DNA of 64,000 bases, from assembly GCA_964562525.1 (NCBI GenBank), contig CAZLTL010000001.1:104428-168427 (forward strand). Reading direction: 5' to 3'. This DNA comes from an uncultured bacterium (GTDB taxonomy: Bacteria > Omnitrophota > Omnitrophia > Omnitrophales > Aquincolibacteriaceae). The notes under the pieces are model-generated. The model was not told the origin of the DNA, ran no database searches, and saw nothing but the letters and a program-made list of their open reading frames with translations. The translations under genes were made by a program, and so were the position numbers. Below, piece by piece: positions 28,711 through 39,120 of the stretch (position 1 is the stretch's first letter; every line of letters begins with the position of its first letter).

Positions 28711-29508
28711 TCAGCGGTAACGGACCTTTTTGAGCGTAAGTCCTTTTGCCGGAAGAGTTTCGGATGCCCGCTTCCTATCCAGAGACTTAATGATCGCCGT
28801 TACGTCAGCAGATTTAAGCTTGCCTTTGCCCACCGCGGTAATCGTGCCGATAATATTCCGAACCATATGGTATAAAAAGCCATCAGCCTCAATCGTGAAA
28901 ACAATCATTTTTCCCCGTTTTTGGATACCTAGACGCTTCACGTTTCTTACAAAAGAAACTTTCTCGATCGGAACCGAACGCCCCTTCATAATCCGATCTT
29001 CGGAAGTAAAAGCGCGAAAATCATGCTTACCCAAAAAACATCTCGCGGCATTTTTCATCGTACTAAGATTAAGCGGCAGCGGCTCGTGATGCGTCAACCG
29101 TCTCCAAATTGCGGGACGGGCGGAATCATTCCAAATACGATACTCATAGACTTTGGAAACCGGCTGAAAGCGGGCATGAAAATCAGGGGAAACCTCTTGC
29201 GCCTGAACCACCGAAATAGCTTCAGGTAAAAAGTGGTTCAACGCTCGCAGAATACGAAACGGCGGCAAATCAGTCGTGGTTTTAAAATGAACGACTTGGT
29301 CCTCGGCATGCACGCCGGCATCTGTGCGGCTGCTGGCGGAAACAAGCGGAACTTTTTTCTGAAAGAGTTCAGCAAGAGCTTTTTCAACGGCTTGCTGAAT
29401 AGTAGGGACCCCGCTCGTTTGACTTTGAAAACCAAAAAAATCGGTTCCGTCGTACTCAAGCGTCAATTTAATATTTCTGACGGATTCCGCTTTTTTAGTT
29501 TTTAGCAT
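28711..29508 (-). CDS. truA: tRNA pseudouridine(38-40) synthase
   Basis: It has the catalytic Asp motif RTDAGVHA. FLYHMVR is also present. Confidence 0.9.
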   Translation of the reverse strand: MLKTKKAESVRNIKLTLEYDGTDFFGFQSQTSGVPTIQQAVEKALAELFQKKVPLVSASSRTDAGVHAEDQVVHFKTTTDLPPFRILRALNHFLPEAISVVQAQEVSPDFHARFQPVSKVYEYRIWNDSARPAIWRRLTHHEPLPLNLSTMKNAARCFLGKHDFRAFTSEDRIMKGRSVPIEKVSFVRNVKRLGIQKRGKMIVFTIEADGFLYHMVRNIIGTITAVGKGKLKSADVTAIIKSLDRKRASETLPAKGLTLKKVRYR

Positions 29509-30595
29509 TACTGACTAAGTACTCGGCTATCTGGACAGCATTCAGGGCCGCGCCTTTCCATAATTGGTCACCAGAAACCATCAGCGCGAGGCCGTTCTCA
29601 CAAGCCAAATCCTGACGAATGCGGCCGACGAGAACTTTCTTTTTCCCGCTAGCTTCAATCGGCATCGGAAAATGGTTGTCCTGCGGATCATTCTGAATTT
29701 CAATCCCGGGCGATTTGATTAAGATCCCAAGCGCCTCATCCGGTGTCATTCTCTTTTCAAATTCAATGTAAAGCACTTCGGTATGCGCACGCAGTACCGG
29801 CACACGAATGCAGGTTGTGGCGATTTGAATGGCCTTATCATGCAGAATCTTTTTTGATTCCTGAATCATTTTTGATTCTTCGCCGTTGTAGCCCGTGTTT
29901 TCAATCGCGGTGTTATGCGAAAAAAGATTGAAAGCGATTTGATGGGGAAACACGCTTTTGGCAAGCGGGCTTTTTCCGAGCTTGTCGGTTTCATCCTGTA
30001 CCGCAGCCAATAAATCCTTTTTGCTGGTCGGATTCTTTTCTACGCGCTCAACAAACTCTTTGGCCTGATTATAAAGCTCGACCATGGCAGTCGCACCCGC
30101 GCCGCTTACAGCCTGATAAGTCGCGCAGTAAATGCGTTTGATTCTGTTCTTCCGGTGCAACGGAGCCGCAGCCATCAACATCATGATCGCCGAACAATTA
30201 GGGTTCGCAATAATTTTGCTGTCTTCTTTAATGTCCGATGCGTTAATTTCGGGAACCACGAGCGGCACTTTGGGATCCATGCGGAAAGCACTCGTATTAT
30301 CAATAATAATCGCACCTTCAGCGATGGCGTGTTCGGCAAACTGCTTGCTCACCGAAGCCCCGGGGCTAGAAAGCACGATATCAATCCCTTTGAATTCTTC
30401 GCGGTTGCATTTCAACTCGTTGTTCTTGTACTTTTTGCCGCGGAAGTTAATTTCCACACCCTTAGTACGCGCAGAACCAAAAGGCTTGAATTCACCAACC
30501 GGAATGGAAGATGCTTCAAGAAGCTTAATCATTTCATGGCCGACTGCGCCCTTCGCGCCAACTACTGCAATATTATATGTATCTTTCTTTTTCAT
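29495..30595 (-). CDS. asd: Aspartate-semialdehyde dehydrogenase
   Basis: It starts NIAVVGAKGAVG. The active-site Cys context is IIANPNCSAI. It overlaps truA by 14 nt. Confidence 0.9.
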   Translation of the reverse strand: MKKKDTYNIAVVGAKGAVGHEMIKLLEASSIPVGEFKPFGSARTKGVEINFRGKKYKNNELKCNREEFKGIDIVLSSPGASVSKQFAEHAIAEGAIIIDNTSAFRMDPKVPLVVPEINASDIKEDSKIIANPNCSAIMMLMAAAPLHRKNRIKRIYCATYQAVSGAGATAMVELYNQAKEFVERVEKNPTSKKDLLAAVQDETDKLGKSPLAKSVFPHQIAFNLFSHNTAIENTGYNGEESKMIQESKKILHDKAIQIATTCIRVPVLRAHTEVLYIEFEKRMTPDEALGILIKSPGIEIQNDPQDNHFPMPIEASGKKKVLVGRIRQDLACENGLALMVSGDQLWKGAALNAVQIAEYLVSNAKN

Positions 30596-30615
30596 TTTTA
30601 TTCCCTGAAACCGTG

Positions 30616-31692
30616 TTAATTCTTAATTTTTTCCGCAACCAAATCGCCCATTTTTGAACAAGAAACGATTTGCTTACCGGCTGTCGCGATATCACCGGTG
30701 CGATAACCTTCAGCTAAAACAGATTCCACCGCTTTAACAAGCTTGTCGCTGATATCAAACAAATTAAAACTCCACTCAAGCATCATCGCCAAAGTCAAAA
30801 TCGAGGCCAGCGGATTCGCTTTATCCTGCCCTGCAATATCCGGCGCGGAACCATGCACCGGCTCATACAAACCGATCGTGTCGCCAAGCGAAGCTGACGG
30901 CAGCATGCCGATGGAACCGGTCAACATCGCAGCTTCATCACTCAAAATATCGCCAAACAAATTACCGGTGACAACCACATCAAATTGCTTAGGATCACGG
31001 ATAAACTGCATCGCGCAATCATCCACGTAACGATGATTCAGCTGCACGTCGGGATATTGCTTATGCACGCGCTCAACGACTTTGCGCCAAAGCTGCGAAA
31101 CCTCGAGCACATTCGCCTTATCCACAGACGTTACCACGCGCTTGCGTTTACGCGCCATTTCAAAAGCTTTTTTCGCGATACGCTCCACTTCGGATTCGGA
31201 ATAAATCATGGTATTAAAACCTTGCTCCTCACCGGAAGCTGATTTCTTAAATCCGCGCGGCTCACCGAAATAAATTCCGCTGACCAACTCGCGTAAAATA
31301 ACAAAGTCGAGACCTTTGACAATTTCAGATTTAAGTGAAGACCTCTCCACCAAAGCATCAAACATTTTTACGGGGCGAACATTCGCATAAGCATTTAAGC
31401 CCTTACGAAGTTTCAGCAACCCTTTTTCAGGACGCTTAGCGGATTCAAGCCCATCCCATTTCGGCCCGCCGACAGCGCCCAAAAAAACAGCATCACATCT
31501 TTTAATTTTCGCGAGCGTTTCATCCGTCAAAGGTTCGCCGAAAGCGTCTATCGAACAGCCTCCGATTAAATGCTTTTCGGTTTCAAAAACAATATGAAAC
31601 TCGGACTGGAGTTTTTTGAGAATTTTGACGACCTGCTCCGTTACTTCCAAACCAATCCCGTCGCCGGGCAACAATGCGATTTTATACATAAT
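30616..31692 (-). CDS. leuB: 3-isopropylmalate dehydrogenase
   Basis: It starts MYKIALLPGDGIG. The signature NLFGDILSDEAAMLTGSIGMLPSASL is present. The track ORF has a 20-aa N-terminal extension that is not supported. Confidence 0.9.
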   Translation of the reverse strand: MMYKIALLPGDGIGLEVTEQVVKILKKLQSEFHIVFETEKHLIGGCSIDAFGEPLTDETLAKIKRCDAVFLGAVGGPKWDGLESAKRPEKGLLKLRKGLNAYANVRPVKMFDALVERSSLKSEIVKGLDFVILRELVSGIYFGEPRGFKKSASGEEQGFNTMIYSESEVERIAKKAFEMARKRKRVVTSVDKANVLEVSQLWRKVVERVHKQYPDVQLNHRYVDDCAMQFIRDPKQFDVVVTGNLFGDILSDEAAMLTGSIGMLPSASLGDTIGLYEPVHGSAPDIAGQDKANPLASILTLAMMLEWSFNLFDISDKLVKAVESVLAEGYRTGDIATAGKQIVSCSKMGDLVAEKIKN

Positions 31693-31720
31693 AGAACTGT
31701 TTACCTTTCTCTCTTTATTT

Positions 31721-31835
31721 AAATAAGTCTGATCAAAAAGCTTCAGATGCAAGACGCAAGCAAGCGCCCGCGGAGGCGTAGTGAAAATCTACGCCGCACA
31801 AGGAAGCGACGCTTGCAACGCTGCAGATGAACTTT
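31721..31835. repeat. REP/BIME-like structured intergenic element, copy c (thiG|leuB spacer)
   Basis: Core is GCGCCCGCGGAGGCGTAG-TGAAAAT-CTACGCCGCACAAGGAAGCGACGCTTGCAACGCTGCAGATGA. The flanks CTGATCAAAAAGCTTCAGATGCA and TGCAGATGAACTTTTTCATCAG are complementary. Confidence 0.6.
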
Positions 31836-31839
31836 TTCA

Positions 31840-32619
31840 TCAGACTTTCAGACCTTGCTGAGGCGAGGATGCACTTGCATAGTCTCGAACCGGCATACGC
31901 CCGGCCAAAAAGGCCTTACGTCCAGCGTTCACAGCATCTTTCATCGCTTCCGCCATTAAAACCGGATTCTGAGCTTCGGCGATCGCTGTATTGAGCAACA
32001 CGCCATCCGCGCCCATTTCCATCGCAATCGCAGCATCAGAAGGTGTCCCCACGCCGGCATCAATAATCACCGGACAATCCACTGCTTCCATCAAAAGTTT
32101 GATCGCAAGACGATTTTGAATGCCCTGGCCGGATCCAATCGGCGCACCAAGTGGCATAACACAAGCCGCCCCCGCATCCACAAGTTTTTTAGCCACAACC
32201 AAATCATCACTGGTGTAAGGCATAACGACAAAACCTTCTTTGACAAGCTCCCGTGTCGCCTCAATTAAACCAACGACATCCGGCATCAAAGTTTTCGGGT
32301 CGCCGATCACTTCCAGCTTCACAAGTTCGCCCATTCCCGCTTCGCGCGCCAAGCGTGCAATACGCAAAGCATCTTTCACATTGTAGGCTCCGGCCGTATT
32401 CGGAAGAATTTTAATTTTCTTCTGATCGATAAAATCAAGAATGCTTTTCTCTTTTCGGTTGGATAAATCAAACCGCGCGGTCGCCAGCGTCACCATATCC
32501 ACACCGGCTGCCTCATGCGCTTCGCGCATCAACTCAAAAGAAGCGTATTTCCCCGTCCCGATAATCAACCGTGACTTAATTTCATACCGACCTATTTTTA
32601 AAACACTGTCTTGAGCCAT
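31840..32619 (-). CDS. thiG: Thiazole synthase
   Basis: It starts [22 protein letters not shown] is the ThiG signature. Confidence 0.9.
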   Translation of the reverse strand: MAQDSVLKIGRYEIKSRLIIGTGKYASFELMREAHEAAGVDMVTLATARFDLSNRKEKSILDFIDQKKIKILPNTAGAYNVKDALRIARLAREAGMGELVKLEVIGDPKTLMPDVVGLIEATRELVKEGFVVMPYTSDDLVVAKKLVDAGAACVMPLGAPIGSGQGIQNRLAIKLLMEAVDCPVIIDAGVGTPSDAAIAMEMGADGVLLNTAIAEAQNPVLMAEAMKDAVNAGRKAFLAGRMPVRDYASASSPQQGLKV

Positions 32620-32722
32620 TTTGAAAAATCCTAACTATAAAACTCTAAATAAATTTTCAATAAGAAAAATTCAAAACATAAACTTTGAATTTGCTTGGGA
32701 TTTAGAAAGTAGAACTTCGCGC

Positions 32723-34192
32723 TTACGTTCTATCAATCCGGACTTTGACGGGCTTAACACTTTGATAAAGCTCGACATATTTTTTCGCGGAAGCTTCCCA
32801 AGAATAATCACAGGCAAAAGCATTTTGCTGCAATTGCTGCCATTCTTTTTTCTTTTTAAAAACTTTTACGGCGCGGCGGATCGCATCCACTAAGGCTTCC
32901 GGCTTGTAATCCTGAAACACAAAACCATTTCCTTCACCGGTTGCCGGATCAAACTCAACCACCGTATCCGCCAAACCGCCGGTTTCACGCACCACAGGAA
33001 TCGTTCCATAACGCAGCGCGATCATTTGTCCCAATCCGCAAGGCTCATAAAAAGACGGCAATAAAAAGAAATCGCTGCCGGCATACATTTGCTTGGCCAT
33101 ATCCGGATCAAAAACAATATGCACCTTCAGCCAATCTCGGTTCTTTTTCGCTAAATCCCGCAAAGCCTGATGATAACGTTCCTCGCCCGTACCCAAAATC
33201 AAAAGCTGAATTCCCATTTCAGACAAAGCTTCAAACGCCGGAATTAAAACATCCAACCCTTTTTGCGCCACAAGCCGCGAAACAAAAGCGAACACCGGTG
33301 TTTTCTCATCCTGCGCCCATTCATTTTCTTTTTGAAGCGCAAGCTTACAAACTTCTTTTCCGGCAAGGTTTGAAGCAGAAAAAGACGCGGCTAAAGCTTT
33401 GTCAGACTGCGGATCCCATTCCTGCGGATTGATTCCATTAACAATCCCATGCAAATCAACGGCGCGCTCGCGCAAAACAGCATCAAGCCCGCAGCCGAAC
33501 TCTTTGGTTTGAATTTCACGGGTATAGCGCTCGCTCACCGTTGTCACGGCATCCGCAAAAACAAGCCCGCCTTTGATGAAGCTGACTTTGCCGTAAAACT
33601 CAAGCAGATCAAACCGGAAAAGCTCCCAGCCCAAACCTGTCACAGGCAGAGAATCCGGCGGAAAATTTCCCTGATAGGCTAAATTATGAATCGTGAAAAT
33701 CGTGCGGATTTTTTTAAACCGAGCGCCGCGGAATTCGCGGCTTTTCAGATAAACAGGAATCAGCCCGGTTTGCCAGTCATGACAATGCACAATATCGGGA
33801 TCTAAATTCAGTTTATCGATTGTTGCCAAAACAGCGCGCTGAAAGAAAGTAAAACGGCGGTCATTGTCGGCATAATCTCCGGTATAAGTCCCATAAATAA
33901 ATTCACGCCCAAAAAAATCGGCGTGATCAATTAAATAAACCGTTACACCGGAAGGCAGCTTGCCCGAATAAACCGCGCCTTTTTCTTTCTGATGCCCAAG
34001 CGTAACCTCAATGGAGTCCAGAACCTTCTTAAAACCCGAGCTGGATGACTCCGCTTGACGATAACGCGGCATAAAAATCGACACATCATGCCCCAGGCCC
34101 GCCAATGCGTCCGAAAGCGAGGAAGTCACATCCGCCAAACCGCCGGTCTTGGCTAGCCTGCCGAACTCCGAAGCTACGTGAATGATTTTCAT
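32723..34192 (-). CDS. glgA: Glycogen synthase (ADP-glucose type, GT5)
   Basis: It starts MKIIHVASEFGRLAKTGGLADV (KTGGL motif). It has a GT-B C-terminal domain. Confidence 0.88.
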   Translation of the reverse strand: MKIIHVASEFGRLAKTGGLADVTSSLSDALAGLGHDVSIFMPRYRQAESSSSGFKKVLDSIEVTLGHQKEKGAVYSGKLPSGVTVYLIDHADFFGREFIYGTYTGDYADNDRRFTFFQRAVLATIDKLNLDPDIVHCHDWQTGLIPVYLKSREFRGARFKKIRTIFTIHNLAYQGNFPPDSLPVTGLGWELFRFDLLEFYGKVSFIKGGLVFADAVTTVSERYTREIQTKEFGCGLDAVLRERAVDLHGIVNGINPQEWDPQSDKALAASFSASNLAGKEVCKLALQKENEWAQDEKTPVFAFVSRLVAQKGLDVLIPAFEALSEMGIQLLILGTGEERYHQALRDLAKKNRDWLKVHIVFDPDMAKQMYAGSDFFLLPSFYEPCGLGQMIALRYGTIPVVRETGGLADTVVEFDPATGEGNGFVFQDYKPEALVDAIRRAVKVFKKKKEWQQLQQNAFACDYSWEASAKKYVELYQSVKPVKVRIDRT

Positions 34193-34222
34193 GCCTTAAA
34201 ACAACCCGTGATCTGTAAAAAA

Positions 34223-34525
34223 TTACGCCTGAATTTGCAAAACCGAGTTCCACGAACCATAGGTATTGGGGACACACTCGACCTGCTCTTGAGCGTTAGC
34301 CCATTGCCCATCAACAATAAAACGGTATTCGTAACGTCCGGCGGCCAATGGAATGGAAGCCTTCCATGTCCCTGTTTTGTCTTTTTTAAGAAACAGGTCT
34401 TTTTCCTGCCATTGATTAAAGGATCCAACGAGACAAACTTCCGTCGCCTCAGGTGCGAAAAAAGAAAAAACAGTCTTTGAAACCTTCAGTTTGGGTGATT
34501 GCTTCTTTGCGGTCTTGGTTGCCAT
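34223..34525 (-). CDS. Stand-alone CBM48 (glycogen/starch-binding domain) protein, 100 aa
   Basis: VFSFFAPEATEVCLVGSFNQWQEKDLFLKKDKTGTWKASIPLAAGRYEYRFIVDGQW matches the CBM48 / AMPK-beta glycogen-binding-domain pattern. Its stop lies 30 nt upstream of the glgA ATG. Confidence 0.65.
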   Translation of the reverse strand: MATKTAKKQSPKLKVSKTVFSFFAPEATEVCLVGSFNQWQEKDLFLKKDKTGTWKASIPLAAGRYEYRFIVDGQWANAQEQVECVPNTYGSWNSVLQIQA

Positions 34526-34571
34526 GACACTCCTCCAGAAAGGTTAAAAATGGACAGCGAGTATAGCCCAG

Positions 34572-34599
34572 AAAAAAGCACTTGCCAAGCGTGAAGGGA
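34572..34599 (+). promoter_or_regulatory. Sigma70-type promoter for rpmB: TTGCCA, 16-nt spacer, TATAAT
   Basis: The plus strand reads cTTGCCAagcgtgaagggattccTATAATtacg about 110 nt upstream of rpmB. Confidence 0.5.
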
Positions 34600-34709
34600 T
34601 TCCTATAATTACGACTCCCTTGCAAGCAGCAGGGACCCAGAGACATTGTGCCGCTTATCTTGCGACACAAAGCAACAATGATATTAGATAGATAAGGAGT
34701 TTGCCGATT

Positions 34710-35003
34710 GTGCGCGAGCGCAAAGGCAAAAACAATACAGTGAAGACATGTGATATTTGCGGAAAAAAACCTATCGTTGGAAACTCGATTGCTCGTCGCG
34801 GTCTCTCGAAAAAATCAGGCGGTATCGGTAAAAAAACAACCGGCATTACGCGCCGCAGATTCCTCCCGAATTTGCAAAAGGTACGTGTCGTATTGGGGAC
34901 TGGCTCCGTTAAAGCCATTAAGGTTTGTACGAGCTGTATCCAGGCTGGCAAAGTACGCAAAGCGCCGCCTCGCCGTCTTTATACCAAAGAAGCAGTTAAA
35001 TAA
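34710..35003 (+). CDS. rpmB: 50S ribosomal protein L28
   Basis: CDICGKKPIVGNSIARRG...RRRFLPNLQKVRV...VCTSCIQAGKV is present (RRFLPNL hallmark). AAGGAG sits 10 nt before the GTG at 34710. The track ORF starts at the TTG at 34701. Confidence 0.85.
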   Translation: MRERKGKNNTVKTCDICGKKPIVGNSIARRGLSKKSGGIGKKTTGITRRRFLPNLQKVRVVLGTGSVKAIKVCTSCIQAGKVRKAPPRRLYTKEAVK

Positions 35004-35210
35004 CATTAGCCTCTGCGCTTTAAACGCGCGGCTGAAGTTGTTCCATTCTGCTATTGGAACTGACAGGGCAAAAAACTCCCTTGAGTTAATCTGAACGCTC
35101 GGAGTCTATTCAGAATCTTTCTGCCTCTGAGCCTTTCAAACCCAACCGGCCATAAAAACACTTCTTCCCTTTTCTTTGTATCGGTAATTCATTAACGCAA
35201 AAGGGCAGAA

Positions 35211-36863
35211 CTAAAGTTCGATATGCTTCGCGTGCAGGACAACGCTCTCAATTCCATTCCAAGACTTCTTACGAATTTCGTAAATGGCCTCAAACACAGC
35301 TCCCTGCGGAAGACCGGCAAGCTTTAAATATTCATCTTCTTTAAACTGCATTTGGCGGCTCTTTTGCCCGTCCCCAACCACAGCTTCGTAACTGCCGATG
35401 GGTGTTTTCTTGATAGCGGAAACAAGCTTCAATCCACGCGAAAGAAATTTCGGATGCGGATGTCCCGCGCCATGCGGCTCAAGCAAAGCCAGCTCCTTTA
35501 ATAGAGCTTCATCAATTTCATCAAATCCAATTTCCAAATCCGATTCCATTTTTAAATTTAGATGCGAAGCGTGTAAATTCTCTTTCGCGTAGAGATTAAT
35601 CTTCGCACGGAATGCGTCCACTTGCTCCGGAGCGATCGACAAGCCCGCAGCCTGGGCATGTCCCCCGGCTTCGATCAAAGTTTCTTTCGAAAACTGAAGC
35701 GCGTGATAAAGGTTAAACCCGATAATCGAACGTCCCGAGCCTTTCCCCACACCTTTTTGAAAACCAATGACGATCGAAGGGCGCTTAAACTTTTCAACCA
35801 GCCGTGCGGCAACAATTCCGATCACGCCGACATGCCAATTTTCGGAAGCAGCGACAATCACGCGGTCCCGGTTAAAGTTCACATTCCGTTCAACCCATTG
35901 AATGGCTTCCTGCGTGCAGCGGCGTTCTATTTGTTTGCGCGCTTCATTTTCACTGTCCAGAATCTGCGCAAGACTGGACGCCTCTTTCAGCGAATCCGTC
36001 ACAAGCAAACGTAGCGCGGAGTCCGGCGAGCTCATGCGTCCAGCGGCGTTAATACGCGGCGCCAGCTGAAAAGCGACCTGCGTCACCGAAACTTCCGGCC
36101 CGCGGACTTTGGAAACTGAAAGCAAAGCGGCAATGCCGGGTTTCTTCTGCGCGGCGATAATTTCCAAACCTTTTTTAACGATAATCCGGTTTTCAGAGCA
36201 AAGCGGAACCACATCGCCGATCGATGAAATCGCGGCAAGATCCAACAGCTCAAAAGCTTCATCGCCTAATAAACTTTGACCCAACTTAAAAGCAAGCCCG
36301 GCCGCGGAAAGCTCTTTAAAAGGGTAAGCACAATCCGCCTGCAGCGGGTTTAAGACAATATTGGCCGCAGGCACCCCTGATGACGGAATTTTATGATGAT
36401 CGATCACGATCACGTCCAAACCCAAATCACGGGCCGTCTGAATTTGCTCCGCTGCCGCTACACCGCAATCCACCGTGATCAACAGCTTTACGCCCTCCGC
36501 AGCGCCTTCACGAATCGCGCGCGCGCTGACACCATAACCATCGCGCTCGCGCTCAGGCAAGAAAATTTTAAACCTCGCCCCTATTTTCTGCAAAAGCCTT
36601 GAAATAATCGCCGCGCCGGTGACTCCGTCCACGTCATAATCCCCGTGAATCAAAATTAATTCCTGCTGGGCCGCAGCCTCACGAATGCGTAAAACCGCTT
36701 CACCCATCCCTTTCATCAGCAAAGGATCCAACAAAGCCTTGAGGTCGGGAAACAAGAATGCGCGAATGGATTCAGAATCAGTAAGCCCCTTCTGCTCTAA
36801 CAACTTTAAAAAAAGAGGCGAGAAAACGGGATTGGAAGTCACGGAAGGTGGTTTCATGCGCAA
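35211..36863 (-). CDS. recJ: Single-stranded-DNA-specific exonuclease RecJ
   Basis: It has the DHH-family motifs ILIHGDYDVDGVTGAAI, ITVDCG and VIVIDHH. A DHHA1 region (GGGHAQAAG) is present. Confidence 0.88.
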   Translation of the reverse strand: MRMKPPSVTSNPVFSPLFLKLLEQKGLTDSESIRAFLFPDLKALLDPLLMKGMGEAVLRIREAAAQQELILIHGDYDVDGVTGAAIISRLLQKIGARFKIFLPERERDGYGVSARAIREGAAEGVKLLITVDCGVAAAEQIQTARDLGLDVIVIDHHKIPSSGVPAANIVLNPLQADCAYPFKELSAAGLAFKLGQSLLGDEAFELLDLAAISSIGDVVPLCSENRIIVKKGLEIIAAQKKPGIAALLSVSKVRGPEVSVTQVAFQLAPRINAAGRMSSPDSALRLLVTDSLKEASSLAQILDSENEARKQIERRCTQEAIQWVERNVNFNRDRVIVAASENWHVGVIGIVAARLVEKFKRPSIVIGFQKGVGKGSGRSIIGFNLYHALQFSKETLIEAGGHAQAAGLSIAPEQVDAFRAKINLYAKENLHASHLNLKMESDLEIGFDEIDEALLKELALLEPHGAGHPHPKFLSRGLKLVSAIKKTPIGSYEAVVGDGQKSRQMQFKEDEYLKLAGLPQGAVFEAIYEIRKKSWNGIESVVLHAKHIEL

Positions 36864-36878
36864 AGTGTAGCGAAAAAA

Positions 36879-36906
36879 AAGAGCGGTGAGAATGAATTTC
36901 TCACCG
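36879..36906. terminator. Bidirectional hairpin terminator between secDF and recJ
   Basis: The sequence is AAAAAAAAGAGCGGTGAGAATGAATTTCTCACCGCTCCTAAAAAAAAAA, a 10-bp stem flanked by an A-run and a T-run. Confidence 0.5.
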
Positions 36907-36925
36907 CTCCTAAAAAAAAAAGGAT

Positions 36926-39115
36926 TTACTTTGCGAGCTTAATCGGCGCGGGCTTGCGGTAAATATCCACCACCAAAGCCGACGCGACAAATACCGTCGA
37001 GTAAATACCGACACCGAATCCAAGCAAAAGGATATAAGCAAAATCCTTAATTTCAGAGCCGCCGAAAAAGTAAATCGACGCGGTCGAAAAAACAACTGTT
37101 GCGGTTGTCAAAACCGTACGTCCCAGCGTTTGATTCACGCTTAGATTCACGATATCCACAAACGATTCCTTGCGCATGATTTTCATGTTATCGCGCAAAC
37201 GGTCAAAAGTCACAATTGTGTCGTTGACCGAGAAACCGATAATCGTCAAAAGCGCCGCAACAATCGGTAGATTAATTTCATGCCCGGTAAGCATAAAAAT
37301 TCCAAAAGCAAAAATGGCATCATGCACCAATGCCACCACCGCACCGAATGAAAACTGGAACTTAAAACGGAAGGCAACGTAAACCAAGATTCCAAGGCAG
37401 GACCAAAGCACGGCCAACATCGCTTTCTTCTGTAAATCCGCGCTCACGCTCGGTCCCACTAAATCCACGCGCTGAACTTGATAAGGCACCGCCAAACGCT
37501 TCGCTGCGCTTTCAACCGGCGTCACCTCATGCCCCGCGAACTTCACAGCATATACATTCTCAGCGCTATCGCCGACTTGCTGCAAAGAAAAGCTTCCGAC
37601 TTTTTCTTTATCCAGCTCTTCACGGAATTTCGCGACATCCACCGTCTGCTCAAACTTAAGTTGAGTAAAAGTTCCGCCGGTAAATTCCACGCCATAGCTT
37701 TCGCTGCTGCGCATGACATAAGACGCGATACCGATTCCCAAAACAATGATAGAAAACCCATAAGCAAAAAACCTTCCTTTAAGAAAAGGAATGTTGGTTT
37801 TTTTGAAAAAATTAAGCATGGTCAGCTTAAGATTCGCGTTTTTGCTCGTCAAAAAGTCAAAAACAACACGCGTTACGATCAGCGCGGAAATCATACTTGC
37901 AATAATACCGATACTTAACGTCACGGCAAACCCCTGAACCGGACCCGTGCCAAAAATAAATAAAATCACCGAGGTGATGAGGGTTGTTATGTTCGAGTCA
38001 AAAATCGCGCTAAAAGCTTTGTGATATCCGGCCGAAACTGCCGCGCGCGATGTCTTGCCAAGCGCAAGTTCTTCGCGGATTCTTTCAAAAATCAAAACGT
38101 TGGCGTCTACCGCCATACCGATCGAGAGAATAAAACCTGCGATACCCGGCAAAGTCAATGTCGCGCCCATCATCCCCATAGCGCCCAAAACCACCACGGC
38201 GTAAAAAAGAAGTCCGATGCTCGCGACGACACCGCACAACCGGTAATAGAGACACATAAAAATCACAACGGCACCAAGCCCGAACAACCCGGCTTTAACG
38301 GATTTTTCAATCGAATCTCTGCCTAAGCTGGGTCCAATGGTGCGCTCTTCAATAATCTTAACCGGTGCGGGCAAAGCACCTGCGCGCAAAACAAGCGCTA
38401 AATCCTTCGCTTCTACGTTCGTGAAGCCACCTGAGATTTGTGCGTTACCGCCTGAAATACGGTCGCGAATCACGGGTGCGGAATGAACCACACCATCCAA
38501 AACAATCGCAAGACGACGACCGATATTCTGAAAAGTGACCCGGTCAAAGATCTTGGCGCCGTCTTTATCAAAGCTGAGTTCAACCATCGGTTTACCATAT
38601 TGATCGAATCCGACTGCGGCATTCGTCAATTTTTCACCCGTCAAAACAGCTTCTTTTGCAACTAAGAGCTGATCTTCTAATGCGGCGTCTTTTACTTTTT
38701 TCTGTTCATAGCCGGCAGGCACAACGCCTTTGTCTGCTTGACCTGTCAAATTCACATCATCAGAAACAAGACGGAACTCTAAATGAGCAGTACGACCGGC
38801 AATTTGAATCGCGCGCTCACGGTCCGTAATACCGGGCAACTTCACCACAACTTGATCTTTACCTTGAGTGGAAATTTCAGGTTCAACTACGCCGAATTCG
38901 TCAATACGATTGCGCACAACTTCCGCCACGCGTTCCGTCACGTCTTCGCGCTGATTTTCAGGAACTTTGCTCATATCCACCTGTAAAACCAGCTGCATTC
39001 CGCCTTTCAAATCAAGACCGAGCTTGATTTTTTGATCAAGCGGATAGCATTTCCAAACCGCAAGCGCGAAAAGAGAAATGACGAATAAAACTTTCCACTT
39101 ATAGTTCTTATCCAT
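36926..39115 (-). CDS. secDF: Protein translocase subunit SecDF (fused SecD-SecF)
   Basis: It is 729 aa. The SecD N-terminus and periplasmic domain are followed by two six-helix TM bundles, FGLGAVVIFMCLYY... and LTMLNFFKKTNIPFLKGRFFAYGFSIIVLGIG... Confidence 0.9.
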   Translation of the reverse strand: MDKNYKWKVLFVISLFALAVWKCYPLDQKIKLGLDLKGGMQLVLQVDMSKVPENQREDVTERVAEVVRNRIDEFGVVEPEISTQGKDQVVVKLPGITDRERAIQIAGRTAHLEFRLVSDDVNLTGQADKGVVPAGYEQKKVKDAALEDQLLVAKEAVLTGEKLTNAAVGFDQYGKPMVELSFDKDGAKIFDRVTFQNIGRRLAIVLDGVVHSAPVIRDRISGGNAQISGGFTNVEAKDLALVLRAGALPAPVKIIEERTIGPSLGRDSIEKSVKAGLFGLGAVVIFMCLYYRLCGVVASIGLLFYAVVVLGAMGMMGATLTLPGIAGFILSIGMAVDANVLIFERIREELALGKTSRAAVSAGYHKAFSAIFDSNITTLITSVILFIFGTGPVQGFAVTLSIGIIASMISALIVTRVVFDFLTSKNANLKLTMLNFFKKTNIPFLKGRFFAYGFSIIVLGIGIASYVMRSSESYGVEFTGGTFTQLKFEQTVDVAKFREELDKEKVGSFSLQQVGDSAENVYAVKFAGHEVTPVESAAKRLAVPYQVQRVDLVGPSVSADLQKKAMLAVLWSCLGILVYVAFRFKFQFSFGAVVALVHDAIFAFGIFMLTGHEINLPIVAALLTIIGFSVNDTIVTFDRLRDNMKIMRKESFVDIVNLSVNQTLGRTVLTTATVVFSTASIYFFGGSEIKDFAYILLLGFGVGIYSTVFVASALVVDIYRKPAPIKLAK

Positions 39116-39120
39116 GGGGC

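Noticed and set aside
30132-30619. Two ~155-aa plus-strand ORFs inside asd
   Set aside because: They are antisense to asd, which carries the NCS active site and the full dehydrogenase architecture.
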